64,000 nucleotides of DNA, taken from assembly GCF_001194135.2 (NCBI RefSeq), contig NC_068983.1:48777811-48841810 (forward strand), written 5' to 3'. The first letter of the stretch is position 1, and each line of letters starts with the position of its first letter. The notes under the pieces were generated by a model. The model did no database searches and was not told the DNA's origin. It saw nothing but the letters and a program-made list of their open reading frames with translations. Source of the DNA: Octopus bimaculoides. Taxonomy: Eukaryota. Shown in pieces: positions 37,990 through 52,718 of this stretch. The position numbers and the translations under genes were made by a program.

Positions 37990-38130
37990 TGTCATATCTT
38001 TTTTATTTGTTTATTTATTTATTTATTATCATTATTATTATTATTATTATTATTGTTATTATTTTTGATATTAATTTCAGTATTGTTGTTGATGTTGTTT
38101 TTATTATTATTGCTGTTTCTTTTTAGTTAA
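37990..38130. repeat. (TTA)/(TTG) low-complexity tract
   Basis: Direct reading. Confidence 0.85.
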
Positions 38131-38719
38131 CATTAGAAATAAACAAAAATTGAAATGGTTTCCTTTTGAAAGGTCTTTTGTTTTCATTTTTGGTCGCATT
38201 GACAGATGTATATTATGTGATTGTCAGCGGAGATATTCCTGGTTGTTTTTATTGTTTAACCCTAAGACTAACCTCAACGAGCAGACTTATCATCAAAGCA
38301 TTGAAGTTGTTTCTACCCTGTGTATTTTTGTCAAATTACAATGTGGCTCATATCGCAATTTACTATTTATAGAGGATATATTACAGCTTGAAGAACATTT
38401 AACTGTATTTCCCACCGGGGATAGTGAAAACAGACGACTACGCTATTGATATAACACTGGCTTTCATATTTATATTACTGATCGTGTTTTTATAAGTGTT
38501 GACTTGTACATTGAAAAGTTTTTTTTTTTTGTTCGGCATGTATGACATGTATGTTTATATTACGAGTGCATATGGGTGTCTTTGCGATTGTGTATCTACG
38601 TAAGTTAAATATGTATGTATATTAATGCTCTAAGAATCACTTCCACTGTTTTAATCAGGTTTAATTTGCGAAGATTAAGACAAGAATTTTAGGGAGAAAA
38701 GTTAATAGATTAATTTAGA

Positions 38720-40655
38720 AAATCAGAAAACGTGCTGTTCTTCAACTCCACCATCTCAAATAGACTTACAGTAGAAGATCTACTCCGAGAACTCTAAATA
38801 ATGCAACATAACGTAACACTCTTGAATCCAAGAAAATGAAGCGAATATATTTTGGGCATGCCAAAGCCAAACCAGTCCCTCTCGCTCCAGTTCGACAGCA
38901 TCATTCTTTACAAAGCACCCTAGGGGGCAATTAGAACATTTCTATCACTTATCGACTGGCCCTTGACTCACAGTTTTTCTGATAGTGAAACACCATGGCT
39001 ACACTTCGAGAACATGGTCACTTATACAAGATCCTACCAAAGTAGTAGAAATAGGCTCCAAGTGAGGCAAAAACCCAAACACTTGTCAAACAATTAAAAT
39101 ACTACTTGAAACAGAATCCACATTCAACAGCTATGAGAAGCTTTGAGCTGGAAAAATATCGTCTGCAGATCAACATGTAAACCTACACCGGCAACTAAAC
39201 TGCAGACGAAAACTGGGAAATCAAAAAGATCATAGTACGAAAGTGTTCTATTCACATGCTAACAAGAACAAGGTCACTCTCCCACACATTGGTCCAGTGA
39301 TAGATGATAGAAGCATTCTTCAGCATGAAGCTGAGGAAATGACAGAAGTACTGCGTAAACTATATTGCTCTATATTTTATGATACCACTGAAATTTGAAC
39401 AACATAAATCCCTATTATATTATCTCTGACATCATAGCAGCAATAAATGAAATCAAGTATTGTTCAGAGTAGGTTCTGATAAATATTCCGCTAGTGTCCC
39501 GAAAGAATACAAACAACTACTTGCAACCTTTCAAATAAATCTTTCGAGAAACATATTAAACTGAGGTTATATCCGGAAACCTTTCTTATCTCAATTTATT
39601 ATCTCGGTCTTCGAAAAGGGAAACATATCTCTTTTAGCTACATATCGGTCAATCACACTGAACTTCCATATCACCAAAGTATTTCAAAGTGTGTGGAGAT
39701 GAAACATGACTCGCTCCATGGATATCCTGAATCTTCTAAATTTTAACCAGCATGGCTTTCGCTGTGTTCGGGACTGCCCACGCAGCTTTTACATCACGCC
39801 GGTGATGTCATTAATGCTTTGTGATCAGGTTCGTATGTTTCTTGAATACAGCAGAGTTCGACAGAGTAAACTATAATATCCTCCAGATAAACCTGTCCAG
39901 TATTGGAATCTGTTGGAGACCATTTAAGTGGATTAACTATTTTCTGATGAAAAGAACATAGCGTTCCGATTGATGGGAGGGGGGCATTCAATCCCAACAA
40001 AGAAACCAGTGGTGTCCTCTAGAGGATTGTTTTGGACCCGCTTTTTTTTAATATAATCTGTATAAACGATATCTCAAGCATAGAAAAATAAATATATTAG
40101 CATGTGACTCCAAGCTTTTGATGATTATCAGTGGGAAAGACCGAATAAAATCCAGTTTGATCTACATGCAGTTAGCCAATGGGAGGACAGGAACAATATG
40201 CTATTAAATGAGGTAAATTTGAACTCCTGCACCTTGGAAGAGAGAATGCGCCTAAACAACCTTATCCTCTTCCTTCCGGGAACTGCTCAGAGTATCGAAT
40301 AATATCAGAGTCTGGGGTCACGTGCCATACATGCCCTACACAATTCTGGCTCATAACACAAATTCACTGTAACAATTTCACTAGCTCAACAAGCCCTGCT
40401 CTGTATAACTTTATCCGAAAACAAATAAACGAAGAACAATATCCCATCGCCTTTAAAATAAACCTAGATAATTTCGTTAAGGGAATACCAGATAAATGAA
40501 CTATATTTCGATACATATCAATGGACAAAAGTCCCACCTTGAATGGGCCATAATACGACATAACCTGACTTAATAATGACTTAAAAGATCGCAGCAGATG
40601 GTGCTATTAACTTAGACATGGCCTCGGCCAGTCTTTTGCCGAAAAGTATCTGTTT
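38720..40655 (+). mobile_element. Long decayed CR1-type LINE
   Basis: KVFYSHANKNKVTLPHIGPV...MTEVLRKLYCSIF, NQHGFR, SGV...GPLF; 3' UTR ggtgctattaacttagacatggcctcggcc. Confidence 0.85.
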
Positions 40656-41789
40656 GACTGACTGTCGCCGCCAATCTGAAATTCGATGAAATCATGTCAT
40701 ACAACAACGCCCCCTGCATATATTATCCGACGTTTTTTTAGCATTTGCCGTCTACGAGAGGTTTTCTCGAGACTGTGCACATTACGTTTTAGTAAGATTT
40801 GAATCAGAACTTTATTCCTCCATTACTATCTACATGCTTCTTTAACATTCGATAATATATCTCAGAATATATAGCAAATGTCTATATATGCTGAAATCAG
40901 AATGGCAGATATATTTCCCGAGTCTCTTTGCAGAATGTATTTCTAAAGTCTTAACCTTATGACATTTCTTGAGGCTATAATAAAAATTTTATTTCATATG
41001 CGCTTCCCACTTTCCTCGTTGAACAATTCAAATACAAGTCTTAAGTGTTAACTTCTTAATATCATACTAGCGGCTATTACATATCGGCAATAGCAAAACT
41101 ATATGATGCTACCTATCAAAAATGTAAGTAATTACGTAAGTTATATTTGTAAAAAGAATTATTGTTACCGTCCAAAATATCTTCCCCATTCACGAAGCTC
41201 TGATTACGATAAATAATAATAGAATAATTTATAGTTCATAGAATTGTTTTTGCCTAATATAATATAAACATTTACGATAACTGAAGCCGATAAAAAGCCA
41301 GGCATTAATGCGTTATGAATGTTTGTTCATATTTCATTATTAAATAATGTTTTTCTTTCTGGTCTAAAACACACTTTGTTATATCTGTATAAATATCAAT
41401 ATAATTATACACTTGTGTGTGATTTTGACATATAGTAAGTGGCCTTTGACAATCGCTTTCATATAACAGAATATAGATTTTCTGTTTGTCAATATGATTT
41501 GACACTTACATCGAATTTCAACATTCAAAAAGTAAATGCCATAATTGATTTTTTTTTCACTATTCTGGAATGTACAAAAGTCTTATTATTACCATACACA
41601 TATGTATTGATATATCATACATCGTTTTCTCTGCAATGATCTGTATATTTTCATCTCAAATATTTATTTTCTATTAAGTTGAATCAGAGTAGCAGTAGAA
41701 CATTTGGCAAATTCTGTTACCATCAATGTTTCACTAGTGTCGCTTTCGATCCTCATTTAAACCATGTCTAAATATTGGTTTTCGATATT

Positions 41790-42330
41790 CTCAGGGTTAA
41801 TGTCACATAGTATCACACCGTGTCATATAGACCTTGGGTGGACCGAGTCACAAATAAGAATGTTCTAAGGAAAGCGAGGCAAAGTCATGACAAATGTCAC
41901 TGAGTGTAGCAGATCACTGATTCTGCCTGGCTGGCCACACTTTTCGTGGAGCCGATCAAAGACACTCTAAAATAATGAGGATGTATATGTCTGTCAAGGA
42001 ACAATATATGAGAACAACATTGACAAAATTCTTTTCATTGGACATCAATGATAATTTTGCAAAGATATTTTATGCTGAAGTATCCATGTGTTTCACTTGG
42101 AACTATAGTAACAGAAAATGGCAAAGAAGAAAGCGATGAAAAAATAGTTGAATCATTTGAAGCTTTCCGAAGAAGAAACACTTTGTCGTGTTTACGTTGT
42201 CACACCAAAGGCAAGGGAACTTTATTTTTGAGGATTTTATTGCATGAAGTTCGAAATAGTATCTTTTCCGTTGCCGCCGCGCAACGACATTTTCAACTTG
42301 GATTGGTTGAGGAGACAAAACGGTCACGGT
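41790..42330 (+). mobile_element. Decayed RTE-like fragments
   Basis: DRVTNKNVLRKAR and LGTIVTENGK resemble RTE motifs, but their order is inconsistent with one simple copy. Confidence 0.35.
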
Positions 42331-42371
42331 GGGTACTACTGGTTATATATACATATATATATTTATTTATT

Positions 42372-42425
<54 letters not shown>

Positions 42426-42453
42426 NNNNNNNNNNTATATATATTTATTTATT

Positions 42454-42496
<43 letters not shown>

Positions 42497-42936
42497 ATAC
42501 ATGTACATGCATATATACACATGCGTGTGAGTGTAGGCATATGTATGTGTGTATGAATGTGCGTGTGTATGTGTTCCTCCCGTGCACCACGTGGTTTTTG
42601 TTAGAGATACAGAAAGTACCAGATTTGAGAGAAGATCTATAATTAACGGGGTCAATTTGGTAGACTAAAACCCTCCAATTCTGTGCTCCAGTACAGTCTC
42701 AGGAGAATGAGTAAAACAAGTAAGAGATAAAGGATAAAAGTTATGCAATAAATCACTATTGCTGTTGACATAGAGCTCAGTCGTGGCAAGAAAATAGGTT
42801 GTATTCGCAAAACCTATTTTTATATCATTTGCATGTCTAATTTTGCAGGTGGCCTAACGTTTGTGCATATCTACATCGATCTTCGGCTGCATAATTTTTC
42901 CGAGACGACATCGGATAAGACTAAAATCTGCCGTTA

Positions 42937-43023
<87 letters not shown>

Positions 43024-43457
43024 TATGAAAATATAAATTATCGGCACATTTGCGAAATCAACAGGAAAATAGTGATTTTTCTCTATTCACATACAGAAGT
43101 GTTTTTGCATAAAATTATAAGGCGAGAGAAAAGTGAACAAAATGCTCACAATATAACGTGCAAGATATGAATTCACTTAAATCACGCAGCAATTTTTTTT
43201 TTCATTCTTTGCGGAATTTACATAAATATCAAGAGAAAAACACGATATACGTAACTTTCGTTTTTACTTTTACAAACTCTTTCTTTATTCTTCTAAAATA
43301 TAAAAGTAACGCACTTTCGGTAGAACAACATCTTTTAAAAAAACAAAATGAAAATAATCAGTCGATGCATACATCCAGATATACTTATTCACACACACAC
43401 GCAAACACACACGCGAACGCGCGCGTATAAGTATGTAACAGTATTGATATATATTAT

Positions 43458-43853
43458 TCTTTTACTAGTTTCAGTAATTTGACTGCAGCCATGCTGTAGC
43501 CCCACCTTTAGTCGAAGAGAAAAAGCGACCCCAGGACTTATTCTTTGTAAGCCTAATACTTATTCTATCGGTCTCTTTTGCCGAACCACTAAGTTCCGGG
43601 GACGTAAACACTCCAACATCGATTGTCAAGAGATGGTGATGGGGGCGAACAGACACACACACACACCCACACACACATATGTATATATACACGATGGGCT
43701 TGTCTCAGTTTCCACCTACCAAATCCACTCACACGGATTTGGTCGGCCTGAAGCTATAGAAGAAGTCACTTTCAGAAGGTTACACATAGTGAGACTGAAC
43801 CCTGAAGCATGAGGTTGGTAAGCAAGCTTCTTACCACACAGCCACTCCTGCGT
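43458..43853 (-). mobile_element. SINE family 2, full length
   Basis: Head, core, microsatellite and tail. Confidence 0.9.
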
Positions 43854-44179
43854 GTATGTATACACACACACGCACATAAGTTATGAGCCGTAGTGGTGTT
43901 AATTAGGCCCAGAGGTCTCAGGTAATGTTGAGTAAATGTTATGGATAGACCATAGTTAAGTCCCAGATTCGGTGATTATGCGAATAAGGGGTCCAACGTA
44001 GGTCATATACCTGCGTGTGTATATAAGGATTTACCTTGCGTAATGAGATAAAAAAAAACAAGGCTGTGTATATTTTAGAACATTTAGAAATGGGTCTTGT
44101 ATATTTTTGACCTATTTATAAATGTTCTAATATATACACAGCCTTGATTATTTTTACCGCTTTACGAAAAGTAAAGCCT

Positions 44180-44267
<88 letters not shown>

Positions 44268-45287
44268 TGTATATGTGTGTGTTTATGTGTGTGTGTGTGT
44301 GTGTACACACACACACATTCACGCATATGTGCATTCTGAGCATGGATAGTTGCTGAACTACTAACATAAAGGAAGTATTAGTAAATAGTTTCAAATTTAG
44401 CAGAAAGACAAGCTGCTCATGCAGAGCGATAAGAGCTAATGCCAGGTAAAAGAGGAAATGCAATAAAGATACTGTTGCGCATGTGCCGAATTTCTCTCGA
44501 AATATCTTATTAGATAAGGCACTTAAAGCAGATTATCATCTTAATAATTCTTAACTTTATGTGAGTTATTTTTGAAATAATAGACCTTAGCGATTGAGGA
44601 AATATCTTGAAAATTCTATGTTTTGTTTAATAGCATCTTCTCATTAAGAGATGTATTGCTGTAGGTATTATAAAATAGAAATTATAATAGAAATGGATGA
44701 TTGTGTTTGGCTTTTCTGTCTGATGTTGTAGTATTCAGACTGATTGGCCTCTCGAAATATCTAAGGCATTAATTATCTAATTGTTTATATTTGTCTGTTT
44801 GTTTTTTTGTTTGTTATTGCTGTCTCCGCTTCGCTATTTTATGAATACAATGAAGGAGAACGGGGATGTCTCAGATAATTGCCATGAAAAAAAAAATGCA
44901 GAAACGAAGAGAAATATAGAAACGATTTGAAAAAGGAATTAAATATCAAATGGAGACTGTAATTAGAAAATATGAAATATATTTTTGAGGAAAAATGATT
45001 CGAAGAAATCTAGAAAAGTGTTGAACGAACTAATTAGATGATGGAAGAATAAAAGTTTTAACATCCAATAAGAACAAGAACAAAATACGTTTCACAAAAT
45101 TTTACCGAAAAACAAAGATGCATAATGGCTTAGAATTGAAATGCTAAATATTACGGAACTGACATTTTCACAAACCGACACACGTACATAAAATTGGATG
45201 GAGAAACATTCACGTTGACCCGCTTCCTAAAATTACTGAATAGGCAGAGGATAAGGAAAGTGTTTTTAAATATGCAATGATGTATGG

Positions 45288-45671
45288 TTGGTTGGCACTC
45301 CGTCGGTTACGACGACATGGGTTCCAGTTGATCTGAGCAACGGAACAGCCTGCACATGAGATTAACGTGCAAGTGGCTGAGCACTCCACAGACACGTGTA
45401 CCCTTAACGTAGTTCTTGGGGATATTCAACGTGACACAGTGTGACAAGGCTGACCCTTTGAATTACAAGTACAACAGAAACAGGAAGATAGAGTGAGAGA
45501 AAGTTGTGGCGAAAGAGTACAGCAGGGTTCGCCACCATCCCCTGCCGGAGCCTCGTGGAGCTTTAGATGTTTTCGCTCAATAAACACTCACAGCGCCCGG
45601 TCTGGGGATCGAAACCGCGATCCTACGACCGCAGGTTCGCTGCCCTAACCACTGGGCCATTGCGCCTCCAC
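45288..45671 (-). mobile_element. SINE family 3, full length
   Basis: A-box tggcccagtggttagg, B-box ggtttcgatcccc; high identity to 54609-54995. Confidence 0.95.
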
Positions 45672-46029
45672 GACAATGATGCATATACACATCATAAAAA
45701 AGAAATAAAATGTTCCTTTTTTTTTCACTTCGTCACTCTGTTTTAACCAACAGCTACTGGATTTCTTCTTTGTTACTGATGTCGATAGACATTTTGATTA
45801 TCATTATTTTCTCGTCAATAATCACGATATTAGAGCAATTTCTACCGCTTTAGTATTGCAGATAAATGTCGGTATATAACATATATTTTAATAAGATAAT
45901 CCGATAAGTGTAAATTTAGATTGTGAAAGAATGACTTCACGTCATTCCTATTTTGATATATTAATATTCTAAAGAAGTACCAATGAAATATCGTGCTCTT
46001 AATGTTGAAATATAAAGTATTGTATTTCT

Positions 46030-46405
46030 CTGCATGGCTGTGTAGTTAACAAGCTAATTTTATATCCTTGGAATTTACAAACAAAAAAAAAGACGAAGTC
46101 AGGTGTGTAAACAACAAACAGGTGTATTAGTTTAACGCTCGGGAGGGTGAGGAAGTCGTTTACGTTTCGAGCCTACGCTCTTCCTCATGGTTTCAGCTTT
46201 AGTCCAACTGTGTGCCACATTCAGAAAGTGACGTCTACTATAGCTCCGGGTGGACCCTTGCTTAGTAAGTGAATTTGTCCCCGTAACTTAACGGTTCGGC
46301 AAAAGAGACCCATAGAATAGATACTAAAGTACTAGGCTTACAAAGCATTAGTTTTGAGGCGCGCTCCAGCATGGCCGCAGTCAAATGACTGAAACAAGTA
46401 GAAGA
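46030..46405 (+). mobile_element. Old SINE family 2 copy interrupted by a ~116-bp insertion (46068-46183)
   Basis: Head gcatggctgtgtagttaacaagct resumes at ctcatggtttcagctttagtccaactg. Confidence 0.65.
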
Positions 46406-46455
46406 ATATATATACCTTGAAAACATATGCGTATATATACATATATTAAATATGT

Positions 46456-46827
46456 AGGCGCAGGAGTGGTTGTGTGGTAAGTAGCTTGCTTACCAACAAC
46501 ATGGTTCGGGGTTCAGTCCCACTCCTTGCGTGGCAGTTTGGGCAAGTGTCGTTTACTATAGCCTCGGGCCGACCAAAGCCTTGTGAGTGGATTTTGTAGC
46601 TGGAAACTGAAAGAAGCCTGTCATAAATATATATATGTATGTATGTGTGTGTGTGTTTGTCCCCCCAGCATCGCTTGACAACCGATGGTGTAACTTAGCG
46701 GTTCGGTAAAAGAGACGATAGAATAAGTACTCGGCTTACAAAGAATAAGTCCAGGGGTCGATTTGCTCGACTAAAAGGTGGTGCTCCAGCATGGCTGCAG
46801 TCAAATGACTGAAACAAGTAAAAGAGT
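46456..46827 (+). mobile_element. SINE family 2, full length
   Basis: aggcgcaggagtggttgtgtggtaagtagcttgct through gactgaaacaagtaaaagagt. Confidence 0.95.
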
Positions 46828-48149
46828 ATGTGTATATGTATATATATATAGAGAGATAATGTATGTGTGCGTGCGTGTGAAGGGTAATACTCAAGTTCCC
46901 AAGAAATGAGTTTCTAAATCCGAATAAGCATGAACTTAGTAACGTTACGCTTAAGTAATAACTTAATATAATAATTTGGCGTATATTTAATTAAGAAGCA
47001 GAAGTAAGCAAAATGTTTGGCTACGTTCTATAATCATTTAAGTATTAAATGTGGTTTCCAAACCGTTTTGTGAAGTAACTTCTTTCACAGTAACTTAAAT
47101 ACATTAGCAAATTACGATTAAACCTAGAACACAAGCTCCTGTATATGAATAGAATCAGTGGATAATAACCAGAAAAAGTGAAACAGAGACGTTGAAACAG
47201 AAATATATTGACAAAATGGGGTGTAAATTTACTGAATTATACATAAAATACAAAGTTTATGCTTCGCAAAATCTTATAAATGTCCCCAGATCGAAACACA
47301 AGTGCCGTGGAAACCCATGCAATTAGCCGAGTCTCCTTTGTACACACAGTTGTCGTAAAATGGAGTAGTTTTCCTCCTGCATATTTTGTGTTCGAATGTT
47401 GCAGTATTTTAAACGAGGAATTTTCAAAACGGGATTTCTAATATATGCTCTGTATTTTTATGTGGGATGTAATTGTCACTTGATATTGTCTCACTAATGT
47501 TATAACATCCTATTGCTGTGATTTCATATTATTACATACAAATTTAAAAGAGAAACAATAAAAGAAATTATTTAACTTCTTATGGTTATCCAGCATGACC
47601 GCAGCCGGCTGCATGGCTGAGACACGTAAAAGAATAATGAGTATAAGATTTTCGACTCATATCAACTATTAGAATATATGCGGCTTAAATGAGGAATTTT
47701 AATGTATGCAAGTTTCAGATATTTCCTACAGAATATATTTTTTTCCCGAACTTTTCTACGACCTCGATGCCATTCGCTGTTATGACTGTATAGCATAATG
47801 CAAGACTTGCTAGAGATGTCACTTGAAATAAATATTCAAATTAGAGCACAACTTTGGAGGGGGCTATGGCGTGGAATTTTCCGAGCATGAAGAAGCTATC
47901 CGTTATCAGTGTCCCCTATCCCCTCATCTGTTACTTTGAGTCCCCAGAACACATACAGACAGTGGCTAAAAAATTTATTGCAATGGCATAACATTTTCCG
48001 ATCTCTATTTTATTGGCAAAATTTCGATCCCTTAAAAAGATTGATTTACCATAGACTCATCTAGATTTACTGCTCCTTTGATCACAGGTAGTTTAACTTT
48101 TAAGTTCTAAATTTTTAAAGCAATGATAATTTTATGAAAAATACAAAGA

Positions 48150-48460
48150 TTGGGAGAAGGCCGGTGTTCTAAGGCGGAACAGCGGAAATTATGCGATGAG
48201 CGCACAGACTTACACAGATTTGCATTTCAGGTTTTCGAGCGAACTTTACGCAGAGGTAACACTAACGTCATTGGCGGAAAAGACCTTCTGCTTATTGGCG
48301 ATTCAATGCAAACTTTTCTTGTCATCCTGTGTTACATGAGAACATGCCCCAAACCTAAGCTTGGAAACTAGGGGGAAAGCTTCATCTTCACTGTGAGTGT
48401 CGCATTTAAAAGAAATGTCTTACTAACAGAGTTTGCAAAACTTGTGTTTCAGCTGGATGT
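48150..48460 (+). mobile_element. Helitron PIF1-type helicase remnant
   Basis: CDERTDLHRFAFQVFERTLRRGNTNVIGGKDLLLIGDSMQTFLVI resembles SF1B motifs II (DE) and III (GDxxQ). Confidence 0.8.
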
Positions 48461-48840
48461 GATAACCTGCTCTTATATAAGATAATTTGCATGTTTTTGT
48501 AGCTATTCACAGAAATATTACAAAGTGACAAGATTTGCGAAGGTCACCGTCATTTAACAGATATTAGATCTATTCTCTAACTTAATTTTAATGTTACAAA
48601 CCGCCCAATGTGGGAGCAGCAATTGCATGCCAGAAAAATGTAACACTATAAGACTAGCACCCAAAATTCACACATCTCACTCACACAAAGATTCATATGA
48701 ATATGGTCGTGGTACTTTTTTTCAATACAGTTTACTTGATGGGCCGAGTTGAACATTTTACGATATATATATTGGTCATACGATTCATGCCGAGACTAAC
48801 ATCAGGCAGTGAAATTCAGGTTTCATTGATACCTGTCTCT

Positions 48841-49216
48841 TGTTGTTGGCACTCCGTCACTTACGACGTCGAGGGTTCCAGTTGATCCGATCAACAGAAC
48901 AGCCTGCTCGTGAAATTAACGTGCAAGTGGCTGAGTACTCTTCAGACACGTGTACCCTTAACGTAGTTCTCGGGGGAGATTCAGCGTGACACAGTGCAAC
49001 AAGGCTGACCCTTTGAATTACAGGAACAAAAAAAAAAACAGGGAGTAAGAGTGAGAGAAAGTTGTGGTGAAAGAGTACAGCAGGGTTCGCCACCATCAAC
49101 TACCGGAGCCTCGTAGATCTTTAGATGTTTTCGCTCAATAAACACTTACAACACCCGGTCGGGGAATCGAAACCGCGATCCTATGACCGCGAGTCCGCTG
49201 CCCATTGCGCCTCCAC
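48841..49216 (-). mobile_element. SINE family 3 with A-box deleted
   Basis: Collinear with 54609-54995; about 13 nt missing in the head; (CAA) tail. Confidence 0.95.
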
Positions 49217-51599
49217 TCATTGACATCATGGAATACTAATATCCACTTAAATGTAAACACTTTCAATATGTTCTTTCTATTTAGACTAATAGCAGATGCA
49301 AACTGCTTAAATCCAAATGCCGAGAGTTATGAAATATATATGTGTATCTGTTTGCAATCTACCTGGAGATGATTTTGAAAATGATTAAGTTTTAATGAGT
49401 AATAAGTTTTTGAGAAAGGAATGATTAAAAAGGACGTCGAGTATTGAATTATTAGCGATGGACAGTGGATGATAACAAACGGATATGAACCGTCAGGGAA
49501 AGTTTAGGTTACAATTACTTACTGCAATATTAAAACGGTTGGAAAATATCAAATTAGAACGTGCTTGTTTGCAGCTTGGACTAGTTTTAGCCCTCATTTG
49601 AAAATACACACCTGCATTAAATTTAGAAAAAAGAATTAACAATACAAAAGCTATGTTTCATGGAAGTAGTCTAACAAGGCTGAGAACCATTAGTTGTCTT
49701 CAGAAATAATTACAAATAACCAATGAGGTGGCATGTTCTTTTACTAAGCAGCAATTCCGATACTCATTGCATTTGGTATACTTCACTGAAGAGGTTTAAT
49801 ATAATTAGAACATATTCGATTTGCTTCAATGACTTGCGGAAATAATTAGCGTTAGTCACTGACCTAATGCAGATTTGCCACACCACATTATTAGTTTTAA
49901 TTAACGCCGTGATATTCATGGCATTAAATGCGTTAGCAAAATTGTAATTACTGCTATCTCATCTTCATATAGTGTCTCTGAATAATGTTTTCCGGTGCTT
50001 TATTTCTCAAATAATTCTTAGAATAAGACGCGAAAAGTTTAATAGAGTATTGCAATATCAACCTATATGTCTCAATTATAAATCTTTATATGTATCATCT
50101 TAATTCGTAGGAGTTACCTATTAGGAATTTGTAGCAGTTCTATAGGGACAGTATAGAAACTGTGTGCCTTGTGTATTCAGAAGACCAATTTCAACATGAA
50201 GTCACAAGGGGAACCAGAATAAGTGCTAATGTTCAAGTAAATTATGTCGCATTGTGAACTATAATGAGAAGCCAAATCATAGGCGGACATATCCAGACAC
50301 ATATACATGCACACAATTTTCCTGAAGCTCTGAAAAATAAGGAAAGGAAACGCCAATAGTGGGCTTGAACTCATGAACCATGAGCAGATTTTTCAAATAA
50401 TTAGCTATTGGGCAGTTTTGTTTCGGTAATGGATCCATTAATAACTGCATAAGAATATGGGTAGAGTAAAGAATTTAAATAATGGTATGGTACGTTGTAC
50501 AGTATATGGATTAGGAATGAAAGACCAGGTCAAGTTAGTATTGGCATAAAGCTTACATGTCGATAAATACTCAATAAATAATAGCATTGATAGGCGTTAT
50601 TAATTACCATAATTTTGATTAATCGTAATATTCCGTTCAGTCATTTAGGTCAGTATTGAAAATTAATCTGTGATATTTCTCGTGTTTGGTTTTCCATCTT
50701 AATATATTGCTAACCGTTGATGTTCGTAGTATTTCATCTGTGATAGGTGAGATCTATGAGATTATTGTTGTATTTGATCACCGCAAATTGGTATAGGTTT
50801 GGGAAAAGAGCGTAGAGGATGCTGGGGATGATTGGTGCGATAAATACTTAAACTAAGTGGTTAGCGGTAAGTGAGGTTAAGATTGGCGCGCGAAGATTGA
50901 AATTTAGTGACTGTTAAAAAAATAGATATACTAAAACAATATGTTGTTTTTTTTAAGTACTTGTAAGGGAAGTTTTTTTCAATGAACAAGCTGACATGTT
51001 TTACGAGGTGGTCTGTTACGTAGACCATATGATTTATTCTCTACATTGTTAACCACTGTTCACTACACAGCGACATATTTATATAAGCAAATATGGAAGA
51101 AAATGCGAGGAAAAGGAAATATTAACAAAGGAAAATACGAGAGAACAAATAAACGTGGGGGAGGTTTAAAAATAAATAAGAAATAGGAAAAGATGAAAGA
51201 TGGAATAATGAAAAGGTAAGAAAAGCAGATGGCATAGGAACGAAGAAAAGAACTACAAGAAAAAAAAACTCAGTTCGAAGCACAAAAGTAAAGGAAATAA
51301 CAGGAAAGAAAATCATGGAACATAAAAATGTGAAGAAAATATGAGTATAGAAATATAAAAGAGTAAATTCAATATTTGTCTCTTATTAACCGAATATTTT
51401 TTCAGATGAATCTCTAATATTGACTAAGCAAAGATTTGCGCCATTTTTTTTTTTATTATAGAATGGGGCGTAAAAAATATACAAATCTAAAGTTATAAAA
51501 TTTTAAATTAACTTTGTATATATTTAGGCAGCCCATATACACTTATACATACACGAGATTACCAACAGGCACACAGTTGCACCCACACACATCTATAAT

Positions 51600-51713
51600 A
51601 ATATGTGTTCATATAGAATCATATATACATACATACGTATGCCTATATGTGTGATCATATATATTCTTAGATATGTGTGTGTGTATGCATATATATGTGT
51701 ATATCAGCTACTT

Positions 51714-51798
<85 letters not shown>

Positions 51799-51870
51799 TG
51801 TGACTACGTAAAGCTATGTGTATGGCTTTTAGTGGTCTTTTAATGTTGCGTAGTATAAAAGACTGTGTGT
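51600..51870. repeat. Compound (TA)/(TG) microsatellite
   Basis: Direct reading. Confidence 0.9.
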
Positions 51871-52654
51871 GTGTGTGTGTTTTCTTTTTATTCTTCACAA
51901 AGTGTTTCATTATGAAAAGAGCGGAGTACGATAACGATTTCCCGCCAGATATTTACTTTCATCTCACACAATTGGATTAAGCAACATTATATATTTATTC
52001 ATTTATATATTTATTCATTCACGTTTTTCCTTTTGTTTTCTCTCTCTCTCTCTCTCTGACTGTAAGTGTGAGTATTTTGTGAGTGTTTGTGTGTTATTGT
52101 TTTACAACAATATTCAGGATAACATTTGAATCGTTGCAGTGAAAGTAATATTTGATATTTTTTTTGCAGACCGTGTGTAAGCTTAAATATTCTTATCAGA
52201 TATCGACTTTTGAAAGTTATATTATTGAACAATAAATAAATTTTCATTTAGCAAGTACTGCAACAAAATCTCCATGAAAAATAAAGCAAAATAAATTAAA
52301 AATATTTAAAAAATAGTACTTTCTCGATAAGAATTTTTGAATAGAAAAGAAAACACACACACACATATATATATATAAAGCATATATATAAAACAAAGAA
52401 ATGTAGAAACGAAAATACCCTAATAACAAGAGATCTGCAGATGGTTATTTGCTTTTTCGTATAGATATTTACCCAGATACAGGGCAACTTGGCAGGAATC
52501 TTGTAACGCGTTTACATAGATGAGAGTGCATTTTGACTAGCTTCCTCAAATTTTTCCTCTGTATGTATATTTTCATATATACTTATTCACATATGTACAT
52601 ATACAAGCATATACATACATTCGCATGCATAGACATACATTCGAATACATAGGC

Positions 52655-52686
<32 letters not shown>

Positions 52687-52687
52687 G

Positions 52688-52718
<31 letters not shown>

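Noticed and set aside
38150-38449. Two overlapping ORFs; LFLPCVFLS resembles a Cys-loop receptor TM1 start
   Set aside because: No RR/K-P-Y motif or Cys-loop; compatible with chance in T-rich sequence
44900-45240. Possible LINE endonuclease remnant
   Set aside because: Motif similarity too weak to support a call
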